64,000 nt of DNA from Patescibacteria group bacterium (GTDB taxonomy: Bacteria > Patescibacteriota > Minisyncoccia > Phycocordibacterales > WO2-35-19), in contig JBBTSI010000011.1 of NCBI GenBank assembly GCA_038064735.1, positions 1,768-65,767 on the forward strand, given 5' to 3'. Below the pieces are notes generated by a model. The model saw nothing but the letters and a program-made list of their open reading frames with translations. It ran no database searches and was not told the origin of the DNA. Positions 26,798-35,384 of the stretch are shown here, one piece after another (position 1 is the stretch's first letter; each line of letters begins with the position of its first letter). The position numbers and the translations under genes were made by a program.

Positions 26798-28594
26798 ATG
26801 GAAATACGAAACATAGCAATCATAGCTCACGTGGACCACGGTAAGACAGCGCTCACTGACGCTATTTTGAAGCAAACCGGTTTTGAAGAAGAGGGAGTTT
26901 CTATGGATTCAAACGCACTCGAAAAAGAACGCGGTATTACCATTTACTCCAAAAACGCTTCTATTGTATACAAAGACACCAAGATCAATTTAGTGGACAC
27001 TCCAGGACACGCCGACTTCGGTTCCGAAGTAGAGCGCATTCTCCGTTCTATAGATTCAGTTTTGTTAGTAGTCGATGCTCAAGAAGGACCAATGCCTCAA
27101 ACCCGTTTCGTCCTCAAAAAATCTCTGGAAATCGGTCACAAACCTATCGTGGTTTTAAACAAAATTGATAAAAAAGCCGCCGACCCCAAAAAAGCTCATG
27201 ATGAAATATTTGAATTATTTTTTGACCTTGGGGCTACTGAAGAGCAGTTAAATTTCACTACCATATACGCGATTGCTAAAAGTGGTATTGCAGTGAAAAA
27301 TTTGGCTGACATAAAAGACTTATCAAAACCGACAGGAGATATCAAACCTTTGCTCGATACTATTTTGGAAAAAGTGCCGCCAGCCAAAAATGATGTAAGT
27401 TTGCCTCTAAAAGCTCAACCATTCAATTTGGCTTACGACAACTTTTTAGGCCGTATGGCTATCGCTAGGATTTATGACGGTACTTTGAAATATGGTCAAA
27501 AAGTTTTCGTTAAAAAAACTGATGGAACTGTCGAAGAAGGCAAAATAACCAAAATATTTACTTTTGAAGGCATTAGTAGAAAAGATACAGAAGAAGCGGG
27601 AGCGGGAGATATCGTCATGATTGCCGGTTTGCCAAACATTTATATAGGCGACACCATCACTGACGACAAAGAAACTGCCAGTTTGCCAGCCATTAAAGTG
27701 GACGAGCCGACTATCGCTTTGAATTTTCTTGTTAACAATTCTCCATTCGGAGGCAGAGAAGGTAAATTCGTAACAGGCCGACAAATCAGAGAACGTTTGG
27801 AAAAAGAATTGGAAGTAAACGTCGGACTCAAAGTTGATTTGGAAGGAGACGAAATGAAAGTTTACGGCCGTGGCGAACTCCACATCGCAATCCTCCTTGA
27901 AAATATGCGCCGTGAAGGTTTTGAGATGCAAGTATCCCAACCACAAGTTATTATCAAAGATATAGAAGGAGTTAAAAGCGAACCTTTTGAAGAAATCACT
28001 ATTGACGTCCCCTCAGAAATGCAGGGTGTCGTTATAGAAAAATTAGGCCAACGAGGTGCTGTCATGGTCAATACAAAATCCCACAACAACCACTTAAGGC
28101 TTATTTTTGAAGGACCGACACGTGGACTTTTGGGTTATAGAAACCAATTTGTGATTGATACCAAAGGCGAAGGTATTTTTGGTAGCCGAGTTATCGGCTT
28201 CCGCCCTTACGCCGGTGAAATACAAAAAAAGCCTACCGGCTCTATGGTCTCGATGGTGAGTGGCAAAGTTTTGGCATTCTCACTCGACAACTTGCAAACT
28301 CGTGGCACTCTCTACATTGGTCCAACTACTGAAGTTTATGAAGGTATGGTCATCGGCAACACCTCCAAAGGCGACGAACTCTCAGTCAACCCGACCAAGG
28401 GCAAGCAGCTCACCAACATGCGAGCCTCCGGTTCTGACGACAAAATTTATTTGGCGCCTCCTGTGCCTATCAGTATTGAAAGTGGTCTCGAAATAATGGC
28501 CGAAGATGAATATCTAGAAATCACTCCAAAATCCGTCCGCCTCCGCAAAAAATTCCTCACTGAACTCGAGCGCGTCAAAGCAGGGAAGAAATAA
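26798..28594 (+). CDS. typA: translational GTPase TypA/BipA
   Basis: NIAIIAHVDHGKT, ERGITI, DTPGHADF, GRGELH, KQLTNMRASG. Confidence 0.96.
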   Translation: MEIRNIAIIAHVDHGKTALTDAILKQTGFEEEGVSMDSNALEKERGITIYSKNASIVYKDTKINLVDTPGHADFGSEVERILRSIDSVLLVVDAQEGPMPQTRFVLKKSLEIGHKPIVVLNKIDKKAADPKKAHDEIFELFFDLGATEEQLNFTTIYAIAKSGIAVKNLADIKDLSKPTGDIKPLLDTILEKVPPAKNDVSLPLKAQPFNLAYDNFLGRMAIARIYDGTLKYGQKVFVKKTDGTVEEGKITKIFTFEGISRKDTEEAGAGDIVMIAGLPNIYIGDTITDDKETASLPAIKVDEPTIALNFLVNNSPFGGREGKFVTGRQIRERLEKELEVNVGLKVDLEGDEMKVYGRGELHIAILLENMRREGFEMQVSQPQVIIKDIEGVKSEPFEEITIDVPSEMQGVVIEKLGQRGAVMVNTKSHNNHLRLIFEGPTRGLLGYRNQFVIDTKGEGIFGSRVIGFRPYAGEIQKKPTGSMVSMVSGKVLAFSLDNLQTRGTLYIGPTTEVYEGMVIGNTSKGDELSVNPTKGKQLTNMRASGSDDKIYLAPPVPISIESGLEIMAEDEYLEITPKSVRLRKKFLTELERVKAGKK

Positions 28595-28607
28595 GCCGCT
28601 ACGCGTC

Positions 28608-28673
28608 TTGTTCCAACTGCACTCAGACAAAATGAAAATGAATTTTCACTTTGATCTTCGTTTGTTGGAATAA
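28608..28673. repeat. imperfect palindromic element between convergent genes
   Basis: TTGTTCCAAC...GTTGGAATAA outer arms and an inner TGAAAA/TTTTCA hairpin. Confidence 0.45.
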
Positions 28674-28674
28674 A

Positions 28675-29427
28675 CTATTTCATCAAAGCTTGGACACCGT
28701 CCCAGAAGCCGTTGCTGTCGGTATCACGAAGGTTTGGATTGGTTTTGACACAAGTAGAAGATTCATAAGGAGCGAGGCATTGTTCTTCGTAGTTAGCGAT
28801 ACCATCTTTATCTGTATCTTCAGTATAGGTGGTCAGTTTGCTTATGAGTTCCTCTCTAGTTGTTGAAGCTTTTTCGAGGACAGACCCTTTGAAAGGACTG
28901 AAACTCAAAAGCACCGAATTGCCGGCGTTATTTTTCACGAAAAATAAAATAGCCCGATTCCTACCGATAGCGGTATCATCTTCTTGAATTTTAAAATCAG
29001 TTGCCAAAATAGTTTGCTTGCTATCGCTCCAGATATTTGTGAAATCTTCTTTTTTCAAAACACTGCCATAAGCATAGGCCATATCCATTCTGTTTTTGCA
29101 TTCATCAGTAGCTACAGCACTTTCGCAGACAACATTAACTTTATAAACGGTTTGTTTAACACCGTCCAAATTTTTGTCCAAGTTGTAACCCAAATATTTT
29201 TGAAAGACTGTCCAAGCAGTATCTTTTGAATCGTCGGAAAATGGCAAAGTTTGTTTAGGCAAAATAGAAGTATTTTCTATTTCTTTTTCAACAGTTGTAG
29301 TCGCTACGTTTTCTAGCGGAATTTCTAATTTTGGCGCAGAAGCAACATTTTTTAAAACAAAAAACAAAACTGCAAAAATTGCCAATACTACTGCGATTAT
29401 TAAAATTATTTTTCTGTTATTTTCCAT
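28675..29427 (-). CDS. membrane-anchored hypothetical protein with C-terminal Ca-binding (TSP3-like) motifs
   Basis: N-terminal TM; DTDKDGIANYEE...TNP...DTDSNGFWDG. Confidence 0.7.
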   Translation of the reverse strand: MENNRKIILIIAVVLAIFAVLFFVLKNVASAPKLEIPLENVATTTVEKEIENTSILPKQTLPFSDDSKDTAWTVFQKYLGYNLDKNLDGVKQTVYKVNVVCESAVATDECKNRMDMAYAYGSVLKKEDFTNIWSDSKQTILATDFKIQEDDTAIGRNRAILFFVKNNAGNSVLLSFSPFKGSVLEKASTTREELISKLTTYTEDTDKDGIANYEEQCLAPYESSTCVKTNPNLRDTDSNGFWDGVQALMK

Positions 29428-30469
29428 ATTTTTTATTATATTCTTTTGCTAATTCTTTTATAAATCCCGGGCCGTTGTAAATCATACCGGTTATAAGTTG
29501 TATCAAATCCGAACCAGCTTCAAATTTTGCTTTCATATCTTCTGCTGACATCACCCCACCACAGCCAATAATAGTAAATCTTTTGCCATAAGCTTCTCTA
29601 GTTTTTTTAATAAGTTCATTTGATATTTCAATACAAGGTTTGCCCGAAAGGCCCCCGCAATAATCTTCTGGGGCTTCATCCCTGTAATCCAAATCGGCAT
29701 AATTTTTATTTAAATTTCCGATAACGACACCTTTTATCATCTCAAATTTTTCAATAATCTTGAGAAGTTCGTCAAACTCTGGCCACTCCAGATTGATAGG
29801 CATCTTTATATAAACCGGCCTACTGCATTTTATTTCTGAAATTTTGGATAGCAATTTTTGAAGCAATTCCGTATTAGCAAAAGTTTCTCCACCAAAAGCG
29901 TTGGGACAAGAAATATTGAAAGTGTAATAATCACCGACATTTTCTTCATTCAATTTTTTGAAACTATAAAAATAATCTTCAATGCCCTCAAAATTATCCG
30001 AAGCCTTTTCATCATTGGTGCGAGCAATGGAAACACCCACTACAAAGCCGTCCTGTTTTTTATATTTTTTTAATCTATCAATCACTTTGTTCACCCCATC
30101 ATTACGCAAACCTTTGTTGACGATGAGACTCTGTGATTTCGACAACCTTCTCAAACGTGGTTTTTCATTACCTTCAGAAGGTCTCGCTGTAACAGAACCG
30201 ACTTCCACCCCGCCAAAAGAAATTTCGGGCAAAATATTCAAAAGCCGACCATTATAATCAAATCCAGCTGCGAGCAAAAAAGGGGATTTGAAAGTCAAAC
30301 CATCAACCGTCTTAGAAATATCCGAGCCTTTATAACCATAGGCGATAAATACGAGTTTTTTTAAAATATAACTCTTTCCGATAAATTCACCCAAGGAAAC
30401 GAACAAATTATGGACTTTTTCTGGGTCAAATTTGAAAAGTATGGGTTTTAAGATGTTTTTGTAGAACAT
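29417..30469 (-). CDS. pyrD: dihydroorotate dehydrogenase (quinone, class 2)
   Basis: DPEKVH, LAAGFD, EVGSVT..P.EGN.KPRL, NISCPN, GGLSG.P, IIGCGG. Confidence 0.93.
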   Translation of the reverse strand: MFYKNILKPILFKFDPEKVHNLFVSLGEFIGKSYILKKLVFIAYGYKGSDISKTVDGLTFKSPFLLAAGFDYNGRLLNILPEISFGGVEVGSVTARPSEGNEKPRLRRLSKSQSLIVNKGLRNDGVNKVIDRLKKYKKQDGFVVGVSIARTNDEKASDNFEGIEDYFYSFKKLNEENVGDYYTFNISCPNAFGGETFANTELLQKLLSKISEIKCSRPVYIKMPINLEWPEFDELLKIIEKFEMIKGVVIGNLNKNYADLDYRDEAPEDYCGGLSGKPCIEISNELIKKTREAYGKRFTIIGCGGVMSAEDMKAKFEAGSDLIQLITGMIYNGPGFIKELAKEYNKKYGK

Positions 30470-30517
30470 AACACCATAATATCATAAAATAACTCACCCC
30501 CAATCTAGACAGAAAGA

Positions 30518-30556
30518 TAACTCACCCCAACCCCTCTCTTACAACAAGAGAGGGGC
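30518..30556 (+). repeat. DUF559-associated REP-like hairpin, copy 1
   Basis: TAACTCACCCCAACCCCTCTCTT-ACAAC-AAGAGAGGGG; a partial leader TAACTCACCCC also at 30490. Confidence 0.85.
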
Positions 30557-30593
30557 TTCCGCCATATACGAGTTTAAAGTTATAATAGAGCTA

Positions 30594-31007
30594 ATGCCAT
30601 TACATTTCTATAATAATCAAAACCAAAAAGAAAGAAGAAGAGAACTTCGAAAAAATCAAACTGAAGCAGAAAAACTCTTATGGCAAAAAATTCGTGGAAG
30701 AAAAATAAATAATTTAAAATTTCATCGTCAATTCAGCATTGGTCCATATATTGTAGATTTTTTCTGCCCACAAATTAGACTGGCCGTAGAATTAGATGGC
30801 GAGCAACATAAGGATTCTGTGGTTTACGACAAAGAAAGAGGAAGTTTTCTGAAAGATAAAGATATTGTGACTATAAGATTTTGGAATTATGAAGTGCTAA
30901 ATGATTTGGAAAAGGTTTTGGAAAGAATCAAAAAAGAAATCGAAAATAACCCCCTTAATCCCCCTTACAACAAAGGGGAAATCGGAGGAAACCCTCTCTT
31001 GTTGTAA
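30594..31007 (+). CDS. DUF559 / Vsr-like endonuclease domain protein
   Basis: RRELRKNQTEAEKLLW..IR, KFHRQ..IGPYIVDF.C...LAVELDG.QH, D..R..FL, IRFWN.EV; C-terminus reads through repeats. Confidence 0.92.
   Translation: MPLHFYNNQNQKERRRELRKNQTEAEKLLWQKIRGRKINNLKFHRQFSIGPYIVDFFCPQIRLAVELDGEQHKDSVVYDKERGSFLKDKDIVTIRFWNYEVLNDLEKVLERIKKEIENNPLNPPYNKGEIGGNPLLL
30947..30979 (+). repeat. DUF559-associated hairpin, copy 2 (inside the DUF559 3' end)
   Basis: TAACCCCCTTAATCCCCCTT-ACAAC-AAAGGGGA. Confidence 0.75.
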
Positions 31008-31026
31008 GAGATGGTAGGGTGAGTTA
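30991..31026 (-). repeat. DUF559-associated hairpin, copy 3 (inverted)
   Basis: Reverse complement TAACTCACCCTACCATCTCTT-ACAAC-AAGAGAGGGT. Confidence 0.85.
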
Positions 31027-31036
31027 TTATAAGAAT

Positions 31037-31690
31037 ATGAAATTATTTCTAACATCAAGTGGTCTAACAAATAAATCAATAATAAAAGCACTTTTTGATT
31101 TAATTGGTAAGAAACCGGAAGATACTTCTTTGGTTTTTATTCCCACTGCTTCAAATGTAGAAACAGGAGATAAAGACTGGTTTATAAATGACTTGATAAA
31201 TATTAAAAAGCAAAACTTTAAAACTATAAGCATTGCGGATATTTCCGCTGTTTCGGAAGATATCTGGAAACCACAACTAGAAGAAGCTGATGTTTTGTTT
31301 TTTGAAGGAGGAAATACATATCACCTCATGAGATGGATAAACGAGTCTGGTCTCGCCAAACTTTTGCCGGAACTACTAAAGACAAAAGTGTACGTCGGAG
31401 TAAGTGCGGGGAGTATGGTAACTGGCCCGGATTTGGCTTTAAGATTGTCCCAAGTAATATATGGTGAGGATATGGAAGAGAAAAATATGGATGGATTAGG
31501 TTTTGTTAATTTTTATTTTTTACCACACTTAAACTCACCTTATTTCCCTGCCAGAATGGAAAAAAATGCAAAAAAAGTCGCAGATGAAATATCGAAAAAG
31601 ATTTATTTTCTTGACGACCAAAGTGCATTGAAAATTGAGAATAATAAAATTGAAGTTATAAGCGAAGGGAAGTATTTAGAATATAATTAA
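31037..31690 (+). CDS. peptidase E (S51) / class I glutamine-amidotransferase-like
   Basis: FIPTA, GGNTY.L, YVGVSAGS, LPH. Confidence 0.88.
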   Translation: MKLFLTSSGLTNKSIIKALFDLIGKKPEDTSLVFIPTASNVETGDKDWFINDLINIKKQNFKTISIADISAVSEDIWKPQLEEADVLFFEGGNTYHLMRWINESGLAKLLPELLKTKVYVGVSAGSMVTGPDLALRLSQVIYGEDMEEKNMDGLGFVNFYFLPHLNSPYFPARMEKNAKKVADEISKKIYFLDDQSALKIENNKIEVISEGKYLEYN

Positions 31691-31708
31691 AAAATCTAAA
31701 AGCTCAGC

Positions 31709-31750
31709 GCTCCCTTCTCTTGTTGTAAGAGAAGGGAAGGGGATGAGTTA
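31709..31750 (-). repeat. DUF559-associated hairpin, copy 4 (inverted)
   Basis: Reverse complement TAACTCATCCCCTTCCCTTCTCTT-ACAAC-AAGAGAAGGGAGC. Confidence 0.85.
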
Positions 31751-31754
31751 TTCC

Positions 31755-32354
31755 ATGAATAAAATAATTTCAAAACTAAATACCCCTCACAAAGTTCAGG
31801 ATTTTTTGGACACAATGCCTTTCAATTTTGAAAAAGAAGGTGAGACTTGCTGGCCACCTTTAAAGGTATTGAAAGAAAAAAGTGCCCACTGTTTCGAAGG
31901 GGCAGTTTTAGCTTGTTTTTGTTTAGAACAAAATGGTATTGAAAATTATCTGATGGATTTGAAAGTCAAAAGCATAAAGAAAGACAGCGACCACACACTT
32001 TGCCTTTTCAAAGTAAATAAACATTGGGGTGCTATTTCAAAAACCAATCATTCCGTTTTACGCTGGCGCGACCCAATTTATAAAACTCCCCGCGAACTAG
32101 CCATGTCTTTCTATCATGAATATTTTTTAGATAGTAACGGCGAAAAAACTTTAAAATCATTTTCCAAACCATTTGATATTTGGAAAAAATTTGGCAAAGC
32201 TTGGACCGACAAAGAGGATAATATATACAAAATGACAGTAGCTCTTGATAATTCACCACATATTGAATTTGTACCAAAAAATAATGCCAAATTTGTGAGA
32301 AATGCTGGTAAAACAGAAATCAGGGGAGCATCGATCACAGAGTGGAAAAAATAG
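31755..32354 (+). CDS. conserved hypothetical protein, possible transglutaminase/papain-like fold
   Basis: AHCFEGA...DH...WGAISKTNH..LRWRDP.Y...RELAMS..HEY. Confidence 0.65.
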   Translation: MNKIISKLNTPHKVQDFLDTMPFNFEKEGETCWPPLKVLKEKSAHCFEGAVLACFCLEQNGIENYLMDLKVKSIKKDSDHTLCLFKVNKHWGAISKTNHSVLRWRDPIYKTPRELAMSFYHEYFLDSNGEKTLKSFSKPFDIWKKFGKAWTDKEDNIYKMTVALDNSPHIEFVPKNNAKFVRNAGKTEIRGASITEWKK

Positions 32355-32378
32355 AAATTTTTGCTATCATTAAATAGT

Positions 32379-32888
32379 ATGAATATAAACAAAACTGTAA
32401 CTTGGGTAATCATAGTTGTACTTTTAGCTTTGGGTACCGGTATTTACATATATAGTAGCAGACCAATAACACCCATAGCCGGTGCTGATGGCACCATAAA
32501 AGGAAATTACTCTATAGAGAGTATTCGATTACTAGGTAATCCTTATGAATGTGCTTTCATAAAATCTGAAGGAGATTCCAAAATAGCAGGAACAGTGCGA
32601 ATAACTGCCGACCAATTGCGTGGCGATTTTGATATAAGTTTAATTAATAGCAATTTTGCCAGCCACCTTATAATAACCGGCGACACTGCTTACACTTGGA
32701 CATCACTTCAACCTATCGGAAACAAAGGTCCTATTGCAAAAAGCACCTCCCAAAATGCTTCGCCAATTGCCCAAGCTCAAATCATAGGTGAGAAAGACAA
32801 AATTGATTACACTTGTTCAATATGGAATGCTGACACTAAAGTATTTGAAATACCTACGGGCATTACTTTCGCAGAATTAAATAACTAA
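32379..32888 (+). CDS. hypothetical membrane-anchored protein
   Basis: N-terminal TM, two Cys, C-terminal FEIPTGITF. Confidence 0.65.
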   Translation: MNINKTVTWVIIVVLLALGTGIYIYSSRPITPIAGADGTIKGNYSIESIRLLGNPYECAFIKSEGDSKIAGTVRITADQLRGDFDISLINSNFASHLIITGDTAYTWTSLQPIGNKGPIAKSTSQNASPIAQAQIIGEKDKIDYTCSIWNADTKVFEIPTGITFAELNN

Positions 32889-32889
32889 A

Positions 32890-33870
32890 ATGGAAAAATA
32901 TAAAAGTTCCAAATACATTTTCGTAGTCGGTATCGGTGGTTCGGATTTGGCAGCAAAAGCAGTCTGGAATGCTATGACTTTGCATAATACCGAATTCAAG
33001 AAAAAAGTTTTCTTCTTAGAATCGCCTGACTCACGCGAATACGAAGAGATACGAAACATTGTCCGTGATAGGATAGAGAGTACTGAAGAAATAACTCTTA
33101 TTGCTGTAAGCAAATCTGGAAAAACCACTGAAACCCTAGAAGTTTTCAACAAAACACTCAATATATTATCTTCAAAATTTGGAAATTCTATTGATGAAAG
33201 GATATTGGTTATATCCACCCCGGACTCTTTCCTTTGGAAGTTAGCGGAAGAAAAAAATATTGAATGTTTGGAATGGGAAGGTGATATAGGAGGACGTTTC
33301 AGCGCTTTCACCATTGCCCACACAACTGTACTTTCTATTGCTGGTTTAGACAGTAGAGCTTTCCTTTCTGGAAGCAAAGAAGCAAAAAGGGAGGATTTGG
33401 AACATTTGGCGAAAAATATTTTTGAAAAATACAAAAGCGGTTTTGATATTTTAGATTTCTTTATTTTCAATGACGAACTTGAGGATTTGGGCAAATGGTG
33501 CAGACAGCTCGTCGCTGAAAGTTTGTCAACCTTCACTCCCACGGTTTCTATTGGTCCGGTTGATTTACACTCAATGTTAGAACTTTATTTAGGTGGCCCT
33601 AAAAACAGATTTACTATCTTTATAAAATCCCTAAAAGAAATCGAAGGAAGTGTGAACAATAGCGCTTATGAAAATGTTTCCACAGCTTATAATGAAGCTG
33701 GATTGCCTTTCATGAAATATGAAATGGAAAAAATAAGCGAAAAAGAGTTGGGCAGCTTTATGGCTTTCATGATGGATATGGTTATAGAGCTGGCAAAACT
33801 TTTGGAAGTAAACCCGTACGATCAACCAGCAGTTGAAGAGTACAAAAAGCATTTAGCTGAAAATAATTAA
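32890..33870 (+). CDS. pgi: glucose-6-phosphate isomerase (compact form)
   Basis: GIGGS.L, SKSG.T.ET, GGRFS, QL.AES, GP.DLHS, NPYDQP.VEEYK. Confidence 0.9.
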   Translation: MEKYKSSKYIFVVGIGGSDLAAKAVWNAMTLHNTEFKKKVFFLESPDSREYEEIRNIVRDRIESTEEITLIAVSKSGKTTETLEVFNKTLNILSSKFGNSIDERILVISTPDSFLWKLAEEKNIECLEWEGDIGGRFSAFTIAHTTVLSIAGLDSRAFLSGSKEAKREDLEHLAKNIFEKYKSGFDILDFFIFNDELEDLGKWCRQLVAESLSTFTPTVSIGPVDLHSMLELYLGGPKNRFTIFIKSLKEIEGSVNNSAYENVSTAYNEAGLPFMKYEMEKISEKELGSFMAFMMDMVIELAKLLEVNPYDQPAVEEYKKHLAENN

Positions 33871-33878
33871 ACTCAAAA

Positions 33879-34655
33879 ATGAACTCTATTTTATTTGATA
33901 TCGGTGCTACCAAAATAAGAATAGCGTATTCTCTGGACGGAGAAATATTTGAAGAACCCAAAGTTTTCAAAACTCCAGAAAACTACGAGGAAGGTTTAAA
34001 AAAATTTTCTGAAACAGCTAAAGAATTGGCAAAAGAAAGAGAAATAAAAATTATTGCTGGGGGTATGTCGAGAAGTGTTTGGGATGGACCAGAAAAATTA
34101 AAAATTGATTTGGAAAAAATTTTCGGAGCTAATGTTCTTATAGAAAATGATGCAGCCATCGTAGGACTTGGCGAAGCCTGTTGGGGAGCTGGCCGAGGAT
34201 TTAGTATAGTCGCTTATATAACTGTTTCTACCGGTGTTGGCGGGGTCAAAATTGAAAACGGTAAAATAGACCAACATGCTATTGGGTTTGAACCAGGCAA
34301 ACAAATCATTGAAGCAGAATCAAGGAAAACTTTGGAAGACATGATTTCGGGCAAAGCTTTGCAAGCAAAAACCGGCAAAAATCCAAAAGATATAACTGAC
34401 CAAGGCGTATGGGACAATCACGCTTGGCTCCTCGCTGTAGGACTCAACAACATAATAGTAGAATGGTCGCCTGATGTAGTGGTCCTCGGCGGTTCGATGA
34501 TCACTGGTAACCCTTCAATACCCATAGAAAAAACTGAAAATTTTCTTAAAGATATTTTGAAAATATTTCCAAAGTTACCGATTATCAAAAAATCCGAACT
34601 TGGCGACTTCGGCGGCCTTTATGGTGCTTTGGCTTTTATTAAAATAAAGAATTAA
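33879..34655 (+). CDS. ROK family sugar kinase (glucokinase-like)
   Basis: DIGATK, IENDA, TVSTGVGG, VLGGS. Confidence 0.88.
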   Translation: MNSILFDIGATKIRIAYSLDGEIFEEPKVFKTPENYEEGLKKFSETAKELAKEREIKIIAGGMSRSVWDGPEKLKIDLEKIFGANVLIENDAAIVGLGEACWGAGRGFSIVAYITVSTGVGGVKIENGKIDQHAIGFEPGKQIIEAESRKTLEDMISGKALQAKTGKNPKDITDQGVWDNHAWLLAVGLNNIIVEWSPDVVVLGGSMITGNPSIPIEKTENFLKDILKIFPKLPIIKKSELGDFGGLYGALAFIKIKN

Positions 34656-34695
34656 TAATTTTAAAATGTACTCAGAATTTTGCAAAGGTAATAAT

Positions 34696-35295
34696 ATGAG
34701 GAAAATACAAATTATTCTTCTGTCGCTCATAGTCATAGGACTGGGATTGCTTACTACCCAAAAATATTGGACAGAACCTTTTGCTAATTTTGTTTTACAA
34801 AACAACGGTGAAGGAGTTTATATTCCCACCAACGATCCGTTAAATATCACTTTCACAATAAGTGGAAAGAATTACACTTTAGTTGATGGTAAATATGAAA
34901 AAGAAATCGCAAGTTCAACATCAAAAGAAATAATAATGGTATTTGGCCAACCGATTTATGGCGACTTTAACAACGATGGGCTTTTTGATGTCGCAATGCT
35001 TATAACCCAAAACTCTGGTGGTAGTGGCACATTTTTCTACGTGGTGGAAGCAATAGATAATAACGGCACATTCAAAGGCACAAACGCCATGCTCCTAGGT
35101 GATAGGATTGCTCCCCAAAATATAAATGTTATAGATGGCCGAGCAGTGGTAAATTTCGCTGAAAGGAAACCGGCTGAACCTTTCACTACACCACCTTCAA
35201 TAGGTAAAAGTGTGTATGTCCAGTACGACAAAAATACCGGTGAAATAGGGGAATGGGTCAAAGATTTTGAAGGGGAAAGTGATTTGCCAAAATAA
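34696..35295 (+). CDS. hypothetical exported protein
   Basis: N-terminal TM; GDFNNDG..D...GGSGTF.Y...LGDRI. Confidence 0.7.
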   Translation: MRKIQIILLSLIVIGLGLLTTQKYWTEPFANFVLQNNGEGVYIPTNDPLNITFTISGKNYTLVDGKYEKEIASSTSKEIIMVFGQPIYGDFNNDGLFDVAMLITQNSGGSGTFFYVVEAIDNNGTFKGTNAMLLGDRIAPQNINVIDGRAVVNFAERKPAEPFTTPPSIGKSVYVQYDKNTGEIGEWVKDFEGESDLPK

Positions 35296-35384
35296 AAACG
35301 GGCGGAACTAATGAAAAAGCAACGTACTAGACGCTGAGCTTTTAGTATATATTTTTAACAATTTTATGTTATAATTTCGCAGTT

